A stretch of DNA of 41,062 nucleotides from Micropepsaceae bacterium (GTDB taxonomy: Bacteria > Pseudomonadota > Alphaproteobacteria > Micropepsales > Micropepsaceae), in NCBI GenBank assembly GCA_035577685.1, contig DATLVC010000061.1:1-41062 (forward strand), read 5' to 3'. This document shows, in pieces, positions 34,409 through 41,062 of this stretch. How positions within the stretch are numbered: the stretch's first letter is position 1; every line of letters begins with the position of its first letter. The notes under the pieces are model-generated. The model searched no databases, had not been told where the DNA came from, and worked only from the letters and a program-made list of their open reading frames with translations. A program made the translations under genes and the position numbers.

Positions 34409-35998
34409 ATGACGCTTGACGGCTTCCTGGCCTTTTTGACGCTGGCGGTGGCGATTTACGCGCTGATCTCGCCGGTCGCGAAATTGCGTGCCCTGATAGC
34501 TTTGCCGTTTCAAATCCCGCTCGCCATATTGGGATTCATATTGGTTCTCTATTTCGAATTCTTCCCGGCCCTGAAGGAACCTTGTCCGTCGGAACTGGGA
34601 CGGGCCTGCGAATGGTTGGTTTTCCCGGCCGACCAGTCCTTCACCCCGGCTCAGGCGGCGTTTGTCGTGGTTCTGGTCTGGATGGTGCTGGCACTGGTCG
34701 CGCACCTCATGGCGCGGCCGGGAACGCGCTCGCTGACAGCCATGGCCGCGCTGATCGACACCTTGGTTTACGAACAACGATTCGCGGAACTGGTGAAGCT
34801 GTTCGAGCCTTATCTGGCAATGGTCAGCCGTGCGGCCCAGCGAAAACTTCCGCTGCAACGCTTGCACGACCGCTTGGCCAAATTCGACGACACGAAAGAT
34901 CGCCAACGCTCGGCGCGGAAATATCTACGCGCCGCCATGGTTGGACTGGCCTTTATCGTTCCCGCCCAGCGCAAAGCCGAAGAGGCAGGGCTCAATATTG
35001 TGCGCGTTCTCTACCGGTCGGCCGATTTCCGGCGCTTCATCACCCAGATGCGGCCCTATTTCGCGCTCAGCCTGCTGCGGCTCGATCTCTTCGCCAAATA
35101 TGACTTTGCGGACGCCTATTTCGCCGACCTGATCGCAGACACGGGAAGCGTCTTGTACCAAGAGCTCGAGCAGCATCAGAATGCCTCGGGGCTTTATTTC
35201 CCGGAAAGCAACCGCCTACTTCATTTTCTTTTCGCCGATGTCCGGGTGGCCGAGGATCTCGCGGTCTACAAACCGGTGGCCGGATATCTTTTCAATATTC
35301 TGCGTACGGATGAGTCAGCCGAATATACCACCTATCTGAACAAGCGGTCCGATTCATTCGATGTCGAATGCTGGCAGGATCCGACCTTTGCGGTGATATC
35401 CTTCTTCGATCTGATGGTCTCGGCCGCCGCCCATCAGGGCGTGCGCTGGCATATGTGGCTGTATCATTTTCCCTCGATCGTCGCGCGCTTGGAGGAGTTG
35501 TACGACTCGTCGGGCCTCACCATCGACACCTCGGACGAATTCCCGACGCGCGCGGCTAGACTCATCTACGAAACGTTCCGTGTGCAGGGCAATTGGATTC
35601 GCTTGGTGAAAAACCTGCCCCGCGAGTCACCGCATCGCAGCATCGAGCCCGGGCTGCACGGCGACAACAGCAATATCCCGATGTCTGCCGCGCTCGCGCT
35701 CGGAAGCTCCATGGCCATCGTCGCGATGTCGGCACGGATCGGCGACAGTTTTGTCGCCTATCTGCACGAAACGATCATGCGGGACATCAACGATCTCAAC
35801 CGCGAGGGCGATGAGGGCCGGCTGCGATCGTTTCTGATCCACTCCATCGTCAATGGCGGCCAGCACAATCCCGGACATTGTTATGGAATGCGCCTGAGAA
35901 GCCTGCTCGGCAATGCCGACCATTTCTTGCGGCAGGAGCTCGAGGATTATGAGGCCGCTTTGGAAGCCGCATATCCCGGAATCGCTCTGGGCTCATGA
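34409..35998 (+). CDS. Hypothetical 529-aa protein: three N-terminal TM helices plus ~420-aa helical soluble domain; no family recognised
   Basis: This is a long uninterrupted ORF with a hydrophobic N-terminus (FLAFLTLAVAIYALISPV; LIALPFQIPLAILGFILVLYFEFF; AAFVVVLVWMVLALVAHLM). A weak SD GGAAAG lies 7 nt upstream. Codons are visibly more A/T-ending than in neighbouring genes. I could find no NTPase, nuclease or protease motif. Confidence 0.75.
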   Translation: MTLDGFLAFLTLAVAIYALISPVAKLRALIALPFQIPLAILGFILVLYFEFFPALKEPCPSELGRACEWLVFPADQSFTPAQAAFVVVLVWMVLALVAHLMARPGTRSLTAMAALIDTLVYEQRFAELVKLFEPYLAMVSRAAQRKLPLQRLHDRLAKFDDTKDRQRSARKYLRAAMVGLAFIVPAQRKAEEAGLNIVRVLYRSADFRRFITQMRPYFALSLLRLDLFAKYDFADAYFADLIADTGSVLYQELEQHQNASGLYFPESNRLLHFLFADVRVAEDLAVYKPVAGYLFNILRTDESAEYTTYLNKRSDSFDVECWQDPTFAVISFFDLMVSAAAHQGVRWHMWLYHFPSIVARLEELYDSSGLTIDTSDEFPTRAARLIYETFRVQGNWIRLVKNLPRESPHRSIEPGLHGDNSNIPMSAALALGSSMAIVAMSARIGDSFVAYLHETIMRDINDLNREGDEGRLRSFLIHSIVNGGQHNPGHCYGMRLRSLLGNADHFLRQELEDYEAALEAAYPGIALGS

Positions 35999-36004
35999 GT
36001 TCCG

Positions 36005-36991
36005 TCAGCGGCTGGGGGCGGCGGCCTGATCCTTTTGCAGCCGGCGCCATTGGGCGACGTTCTTCTCATGATCGGCGATATTTTTGGCAAAGGCGTGCCC
36101 GCCGCTGCCGTCGGCAACAAAATAAAGCTCGTCCGTGTCGGCCGGGTTGAGCACTGCGGCAATCGCACTCTTGCCGGGATTGCAGATCGGTGTCGGCGGC
36201 AAGCCTTCGATCTGATAGGTGCTGTACGGGTTGGGCGTGGCCAGTTCGCTCTGGCGCAAGGGATGGCCGAGCGGAACCCCCTTGGTCAGGCCGTAAATGA
36301 TCGTCGGGTCGGATTCCAGCTTCATGCCGTTCTTCAGGCGGTTGATGAAGACGGCCGCGATGCGCGGGCGCTCGGAGGGGATCGCCGTCTCCTTCTCGAC
36401 AATGGACGCAAGCTTCAACGCGTCCTCCTGACTCATCAGCGGCAAGCCCTCTTTGCGCTTGGGCCAGATTTCCGCGAGCAGTTTCACTTGCGCCTCATGC
36501 ATGCGGGCGAGGATTTCCGCACGCGTCGTTCCGCGCTCGAAAAGATAGGTCTCCGGCAGGAGGCTCCCCTCAGGCACCACCGTGACGGAGCCGGTCAAAA
36601 CCGGATCGGCCTGTACCAGCGCCACCGCCGCATCCGAGGTGAGGCCTTCGGCAATGGTGATGCGGTGCTCGACAACCTTGCGCGCAACCAGCATGTCCAT
36701 GATTTCGGCCTCGCTGGCATTGGCCGGAAACGCATATTCTCCCGCTTTCAGCTGTGCCGACCGCCCCCGCCGGATCACACCGACACGAAACAAGAGCGCG
36801 TTCTCGACCATTCCGGCTTGGGCCAGGGTTTGGGCGATCACGCGAAGGCCGCTTCCCGGTTTGACGATGAGTGTCGTTTCGGCGAGCGACGGGCCTGGCT
36901 GCACGAAATAACGATCTTCCCACCAGGCCGCTCCCGCGACCGCGGCCGCAGCCAGCGCGACGAAGACGATTAGGGAGAAGAAAAACCGCAT
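36005..36991 (-). CDS. mltG: Endolytic murein transglycosylase MltG (YceG family)
   Basis: An N-terminal TM anchor is present, with motifs 'LKAGEY', 'ASIVEKE' and 'P.ERP.IA.VF.NRL...M.L..DPT..Y' and 'YNTY/YSTY..GLPP.PI.NPG'. The position downstream of fabF is conserved. Confidence 0.9.
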   Translation of the reverse strand: MRFFFSLIVFVALAAAAVAGAAWWEDRYFVQPGPSLAETTLIVKPGSGLRVIAQTLAQAGMVENALLFRVGVIRRGRSAQLKAGEYAFPANASEAEIMDMLVARKVVEHRITIAEGLTSDAAVALVQADPVLTGSVTVVPEGSLLPETYLFERGTTRAEILARMHEAQVKLLAEIWPKRKEGLPLMSQEDALKLASIVEKETAIPSERPRIAAVFINRLKNGMKLESDPTIIYGLTKGVPLGHPLRQSELATPNPYSTYQIEGLPPTPICNPGKSAIAAVLNPADTDELYFVADGSGGHAFAKNIADHEKNVAQWRRLQKDQAAAPSR

Positions 36992-37018
36992 GCGGCCTCG
37001 CGGCTTTCGATGAACGGT

Positions 37019-38290
37019 CTATTCCGGCGCCGTGAACACCAAAGATGCGTTGGTACCGCCGAACCCGAAGGAGTTCGAAAGCGCGGCCGAGATGGCCATC
37101 TTCTTCGGTTTATGGGGCACAAGGTCGATTTCGGTTTCCACGGAAGGGTTATCGAGATTGAGGGTCGGCGGCGCGATCTGATCGCGGATTGCGAGGGCCG
37201 AGAAGATCGCCTCCACCGCGCCGGCGGCGCCCAGCAAATGGCCGATGGCGGATTTGGTCGAGGACATTGCGAGCTTGCCGGCGGAATTGCCGAACAGACG
37301 TTCGACCGCGCGCAGCTCGATCTCATCGCCCAAAGGCGTCGAGGTGCCGTGCGCGTTGATATAGTCGATATCGGCCGCCGCCAGGCCGGCGCGCTTCAGC
37401 GCCATCTGCATCGCGCGATAGCCGCCATTGCCATCCTCAGCCGGTGCCGTGACGTGATAGGCATCGCCCGACATGCCATAGCCCTTCACTTCCGCATAAA
37501 TCTTCGCGCCGCGCGCTTTGGCGTGCTCATATTCTTCGAGCATTACAATGCCTGCGCCCGCACCCATGACGAAACCGTCGCGGTCCTTGTCATAGGGCCG
37601 CGAGGCCTTCTCCGGCGTATCGTTGAAGGCAGTGGAAAGCGCGCGGCAGGCGACGAAGCCCGCAATCCCAATCCGGCAAATGGCCGATTCGGTGCCGCCC
37701 GCGAGCATCACATCGGCGTCGTCGAGCGCAATCATGCGCGCCGCATCGCCGATGGCGTGCGCGCCGGTAGAGCAGGCCGTCACGACGGAATGATTTGGCC
37801 CCTTGTAGCCGAAACGAATCGAGACATAGCCTGACGCAAGATTGTTGAGCCGCCCGGGAATGAAGAAGGGCGACAGTTTCCGCGGCCCCTTTTCGTGAAC
37901 CAGAATGGACGCTTGCTCGATCCCATCGAGCCCGCCGATGCCCGAGCCGATAAGAACGCCGGCGCGGTCCTTCTGTTCTTCGGTTTTCGCCTCATAGCCC
38001 GAATCGGTCACCGCCTGCTGGGCAGCGGTGATCGCGTAGATGATGAAATCATCGACCCGGCGCTGATCCTTGGAATCGACCCATTGATCGGGGTTGAACG
38101 TGCCGTCCGAACCATCGCCACGCGGCACATCGCAGGCGATGCGGGCGGGAAGATCGTCCACCTTGAAGCGGGTGATCGGCCCGGCGCCCGATTTGCCTTC
38201 GAGCAGACGTGACCATGAGGTCTCGACACCGCAGCCGAGCGGCGTAACGAGCCCCAATCCGGTGACGACGACGCGACGCATTGCGCTCAT
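37019..38290 (-). CDS. fabF: Beta-ketoacyl-ACP synthase II
   Basis: Motifs 'RRVVVTGLG..TPLG', active-site 'ACSTGAHAIG', 'INAHGTSTP.GD' and 'SNSFGFGGTNASLVF' are present. Confidence 0.95.
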   Translation of the reverse strand: MSAMRRVVVTGLGLVTPLGCGVETSWSRLLEGKSGAGPITRFKVDDLPARIACDVPRGDGSDGTFNPDQWVDSKDQRRVDDFIIYAITAAQQAVTDSGYEAKTEEQKDRAGVLIGSGIGGLDGIEQASILVHEKGPRKLSPFFIPGRLNNLASGYVSIRFGYKGPNHSVVTACSTGAHAIGDAARMIALDDADVMLAGGTESAICRIGIAGFVACRALSTAFNDTPEKASRPYDKDRDGFVMGAGAGIVMLEEYEHAKARGAKIYAEVKGYGMSGDAYHVTAPAEDGNGGYRAMQMALKRAGLAAADIDYINAHGTSTPLGDEIELRAVERLFGNSAGKLAMSSTKSAIGHLLGAAGAVEAIFSALAIRDQIAPPTLNLDNPSVETEIDLVPHKPKKMAISAALSNSFGFGGTNASLVFTAPE

Positions 38291-38327
38291 CGGCGCGAGA
38301 GCCTCGGCTTGTGCCGCATTGCGATGA

Positions 38328-38564
38328 TTAGCTCTGCGCCTTTTCGATGAATTTCACGGCATCGCCGACGGTGACGATGGATTCCGCGGCATCATCCGGG
38401 ATTTCAATACCGAATTCTTCTTCAAACGCCATGACCAGCTCTACCGTATCGAGGCTGTCCGCGCCGAGATCTTCAATAAAGCTCGCAGTGTCCGTGACCT
38501 TTTCGCCATCGACGTTCAAATGTTCGACCACGATTTTTTTCACGCGCTCAGCGACGTCGCTCAT
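38328..38564 (-). CDS. acpP: Acyl carrier protein
   Basis: 78 aa from ATG 38564: [18 protein letters not shown]...[25 protein letters not shown]. The phosphopantetheine motif DSLD is present. The ORF-track start 38609 is an upstream extension. Confidence 0.97.
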   Translation of the reverse strand: MSDVAERVKKIVVEHLNVDGEKVTDTASFIEDLGADSLDTVELVMAFEEEFGIEIPDDAAESIVTVGDAVKFIEKAQS

Positions 38565-38732
38565 ATCTTCTTTGCCTCTTGAATTGCCGTTCTTGTTTTC
38601 TCTTACCACGCTTTATTGGCTGAGCACCCCACCTGCGCGCACCGAGCCAAAGCCATGGCTGAAAGGTGGCGCTTGGTATCACAAAGTTTCCGTTCCCGCC
38701 AAATATTTGAAAAAGCCTTTCGGACAAAGACC

Positions 38733-39473
38733 TTAGATCATTGCCATGCCGCCATTGACGTGCAGCGTCTGGCCCGTGACATAGCCTGCTTCCTCGCTTG
38801 CGAGATAGACCACGGCACTGCCGATTTCCCGCGAATCGCCGAGTCGTCCGGCCGGAACGCGGGTCAGAATCGCCGTCCGCTGGTCGGCCGTCAGCGCGTC
38901 CGTCATGGCGGTCGCAATGAAGCCCGGCGCCACGCAATTGACCGTGATGTTGCGGCTGGCAACTTCGGCGGCCAGCGCCTTGCTCATGCCGATAAGGCCG
39001 GCTTTGGCGGCGGCGTAATTCCCCTGCCCCGGATTGCCCGTAACGCCCACAACCGAAGTGATGGTGACGATGCGGCCCCAGCGCTTCTTCATCATGCCGC
39101 GGAGGACGGACCGTGACAGCCGGAACGCCGCGGTGAGGTTGACCGCGATGACCTGGTCCCACTCTTCGTCCTTCATGCGCATGAAGAGATTGTCGCGCGT
39201 GATGCCAGCATTGTTGATGAGGATGTCGATCGGCGCACCGATCGCGGCTTCGGCTTTTTTCACAAGCTCATCCACGTCCGCGGCATTGCCGAGATTGCAC
39301 GGCGCCGTGACCGCGTGGTCCCCGAGTTCGGCTTTCAACGCATCGAGGGCCTCGGCGCGTGTGCCCGACAGAACCACGCCCGCACCCTGGCCATGCAGCG
39401 CTTTGGCAATGGCTCCGCCTATGCCGCCCGAAGCGCCCGTCACCAGCGCGGTCTTGTTGGTCAGATCGAACAT
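38733..39473 (-). CDS. fabG: 3-oxoacyl-ACP reductase
   Basis: This is an SDR with 'TGASGGIG', 'NNAGI' and 'Y..AK' motifs and a '...GQTLHVNGGMAMI' C-terminus, located between fabD and acpP. Confidence 0.95.
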   Translation of the reverse strand: MFDLTNKTALVTGASGGIGGAIAKALHGQGAGVVLSGTRAEALDALKAELGDHAVTAPCNLGNAADVDELVKKAEAAIGAPIDILINNAGITRDNLFMRMKDEEWDQVIAVNLTAAFRLSRSVLRGMMKKRWGRIVTITSVVGVTGNPGQGNYAAAKAGLIGMSKALAAEVASRNITVNCVAPGFIATAMTDALTADQRTAILTRVPAGRLGDSREIGSAVVYLASEEAGYVTGQTLHVNGGMAMI

Positions 39474-39482
39474 GGTGCCACC

Positions 39483-40421
39483 TCAGAGCGTTTTCGCGAA
39501 GGCTTCGATGTCGGCTGGCGAATCGAGCGTGACGGTCTGAAGATCCTTGTCGATGCGCCTGACCATGCCGGTCAGCACCTTGTTGCCGCCCACCTCTATT
39601 GTGCTCGTCACACCGAGCCCGGTGAAAGAAGCCACGCTCTCGCGCCAGCGGACGCGCGCGGTGACCTGCTCGGCCAGAAGCCGCCGGATCGTATCGGGCT
39701 CGGACACCTCCGCCGCCGTGACATTCGCCACCACGGGCACGGAGGGTGGCCGGATGGTGATTTCCGCCAGCGCCTCGCGCATGCGCTCACCGGCAGGTTT
39801 CAGCAGCGGCGAATGATTGGCCGTGCTGACGGAGAGTGGGATGACGCGCTTGGCGCCTTTGCTCTTGGCGATTTCGCCGGCTCTGTCGACCGCGGCCTTC
39901 TCGCCCGAAATCACGATCTGTCCCGGCGCATTGTCGTTGGCGACCACCACGATGCCGGCATCAGCGGCTTCGTTGACCGCGGCTTCCGCCGCCTCGATCT
40001 CGATGCCGATCAGGGCCGACATGGTGCCCACGCCCACCGGCGATGCGGCCTGCATCGCGATTCCCCGCAGACGTACAAGGCGGGCCGTATCGGCCAGACT
40101 GAACGCGCCGGCCGCGCACAGCGCCGAATATTCACCCAGCGAATGGCCTGCCACTACCCGCGCATGCTTGCCGAGGTCCAAGCCCGCCTCTTTTTGCAGC
40201 ACGCGGATGATAGCCATTGAGGCCGCCATGATCGCGGGCTGCGCATTCTCGGTGAGGACGAGATCCGATTCGGGACCCTCCCACATGAGCCGCGACAAAC
40301 GTTGCGAAAGCGCATCGTCCACTTCTTCAAACGCTTCACGCGCCGGCGTAAAGGCTTCGGCTATCGCCTTGCCCATGCCGACCGCCTGGCTGCCCTGACC
40401 GGGAAAAATGAATGCTCTCAA
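39483..40421 (-). CDS. fabD: Malonyl CoA-ACP transacylase
   Basis: Motifs 'FIFPGQGSQ..GMG' and active-site 'GHSLGEYSAL' are present. The TTG at 40421 has GGAGG 5 nt upstream and gives M-RAFIFPGQGSQ; the ORF-track start 40469 is probably too long. Confidence 0.93.
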   Translation of the reverse strand: MRAFIFPGQGSQAVGMGKAIAEAFTPAREAFEEVDDALSQRLSRLMWEGPESDLVLTENAQPAIMAASMAIIRVLQKEAGLDLGKHARVVAGHSLGEYSALCAAGAFSLADTARLVRLRGIAMQAASPVGVGTMSALIGIEIEAAEAAVNEAADAGIVVVANDNAPGQIVISGEKAAVDRAGEIAKSKGAKRVIPLSVSTANHSPLLKPAGERMREALAEITIRPPSVPVVANVTAAEVSEPDTIRRLLAEQVTARVRWRESVASFTGLGVTSTIEVGGNKVLTGMVRRIDKDLQTVTLDSPADIEAFAKTL

Positions 40422-40495
40422 CACCGCCTCCGTTTGGAGCCCCTTAAATCCAGGCTCAGTCCAGCGCAAGATGCATTGATTGACGGGAGGGCAAA

Positions 40496-41002
40496 ATGGA
40501 ACTCACAGGCGCAGGCTATTTCTACACACTGGCCCAGGTCGGCATCACGTTTTCGGGCTTCGCGGCCATTCTCATGACGATCCGGCAAATGCGGGGCGTC
40601 AGCATGTCGAAATTCCATCTCTGGGTCGCACGATCCTATGTCCAGTCGGGGATGTTCACGGCGATGAATGCCCTGCTCTCGCCGCTTCTGTTCGGGCTCG
40701 GCATGCCGGAGCGCATGACCTGGCAGGTCGCGAGCGCCATCATTGCCGTGCAGTCCGTTATCCTCATCGTGCTCGCACCGGGGCAATGGCGGTCGGCGAC
40801 CGACCGGCCGCTCGAGCGGCGTGTGACGATCCAGATCGGGCTGGGCCTTCTCATCAACATTGCGCTCTTGGGGAATGTCGTGGGGTGGCCGTTCGAACCC
40901 ATGGGCGGTCTCGTTATGCTGGCAGTATCGTGGAACCTGTTCGCCTTTTTCGCCCAATTTGCGGAATCCCTGCGGTTTTTCTTCGAGGAAGAGATCGAAT
41001 GA
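40496..41002 (+). CDS. Hypothetical polytopic membrane protein (168 aa, ~5 TM helices)
   Basis: The ATG at 40496 is preceded by GGGAGGG 4 nt upstream. Hydrophobic segments alternate with short charged loops and the tail is acidic (FFFEEEIE). The overlapping Arg-rich frame (40480..41031) is rejected. Confidence 0.6.
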   Translation: MELTGAGYFYTLAQVGITFSGFAAILMTIRQMRGVSMSKFHLWVARSYVQSGMFTAMNALLSPLLFGLGMPERMTWQVASAIIAVQSVILIVLAPGQWRSATDRPLERRVTIQIGLGLLINIALLGNVVGWPFEPMGGLVMLAVSWNLFAFFAQFAESLRFFFEEEIE

Positions 41003-41062
41003 AATCGGCAGAATTTGATGTGGATCAGTGACCGCCGACCAGGCTTGAGACCATAAAACTCA

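Noticed and set aside
34304-34906. 200-aa minus-strand ORF overlapping the start of the 529-aa orphan and the palindrome
   Set aside because: It is an Arg/Gln/Gly-rich shadow frame and would start inside the orphan. The opposite frame has coherent TM helices.
38690-38715. Short CC-GAAA-GG stem followed by T5 (minus strand) between fabG and acpP
   Set aside because: The stem is only 2-3 bp. It is plausibly part of the acpP promoter region rather than an attenuator.
40480-41031. 183-aa plus-strand ORF overlapping the 168-aa membrane ORF in another frame
   Set aside because: Its translation is Arg/His/Gly-rich with no SD. The 40496 frame has a strong SD and a regular TM pattern.
1-41062. Search for a mobile element, prophage, CRISPR array, defence-island hallmarks or toxin-antitoxin pairs
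   Set aside because: I saw no transposase, integrase or recombinase motifs, no direct-repeat arrays, no tRNA integration site, and no adjacent small overlapping gene pairs. The window is overwhelmingly conserved housekeeping synteny.

Overview
This is a GC-rich chromosomal core segment. Gene content and order look alphaproteobacterial, Hyphomicrobiales/Rhizobiales-like; this is inferred from synteny, not from a search. About 42 CDS are packed tightly with many 1-4 nt start/stop overlaps. Left to right: an NTF2-like gene cut by the window edge, tatCBA (-), an orphan ABC ATPase, ppx-ppk-hdaA (-), and a small AT-richer patch with only sub-60-aa ORFs. Next come an RcnB-like exported protein, a bactofilin, a CDP-alcohol phosphatidyltransferase, a DUF2066-like protein and a DUF1800/DUF1501 pair, all on the minus strand, followed by a divergent Spy/CpxP-like gene. 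Then purM-purN, ndk, a signal-less PBP-fold protein, an ABC-F ATPase, a rhomboid protease, holC, pepA, and the coupled block lptF-lptG-lptD-surA-pdxA-rsmA. The right end holds yicC-gmk plus an exported orphan (-), a 529-aa membrane-anchored orphan (+), mltG-fabF-acpP-fabG-fabD (-) and a small polytopic membrane orphan. I recognise no rRNA, tRNA, CRISPR array, transposase, integrase or phage gene. I do not see a convincing multi-gene novel system, and most of the window is ordinary housekeeping DNA. Four places deserve a second look. (1) The 529-aa orphan between yicC and mltG, which has its own palindrome. (2) The periplasmic DUF1800/DUF1501/Spy-like module with alternative-sigma-like promoter motifs. 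(3) The small-ORF and hairpin patch at 8.3-9.2 kb. (4) A strongly plus-oriented terminator with no plus-strand gene at 3.5-3.6 kb, which may mark an sRNA. All family calls rest on motif recognition by eye; no searches or computations were run.
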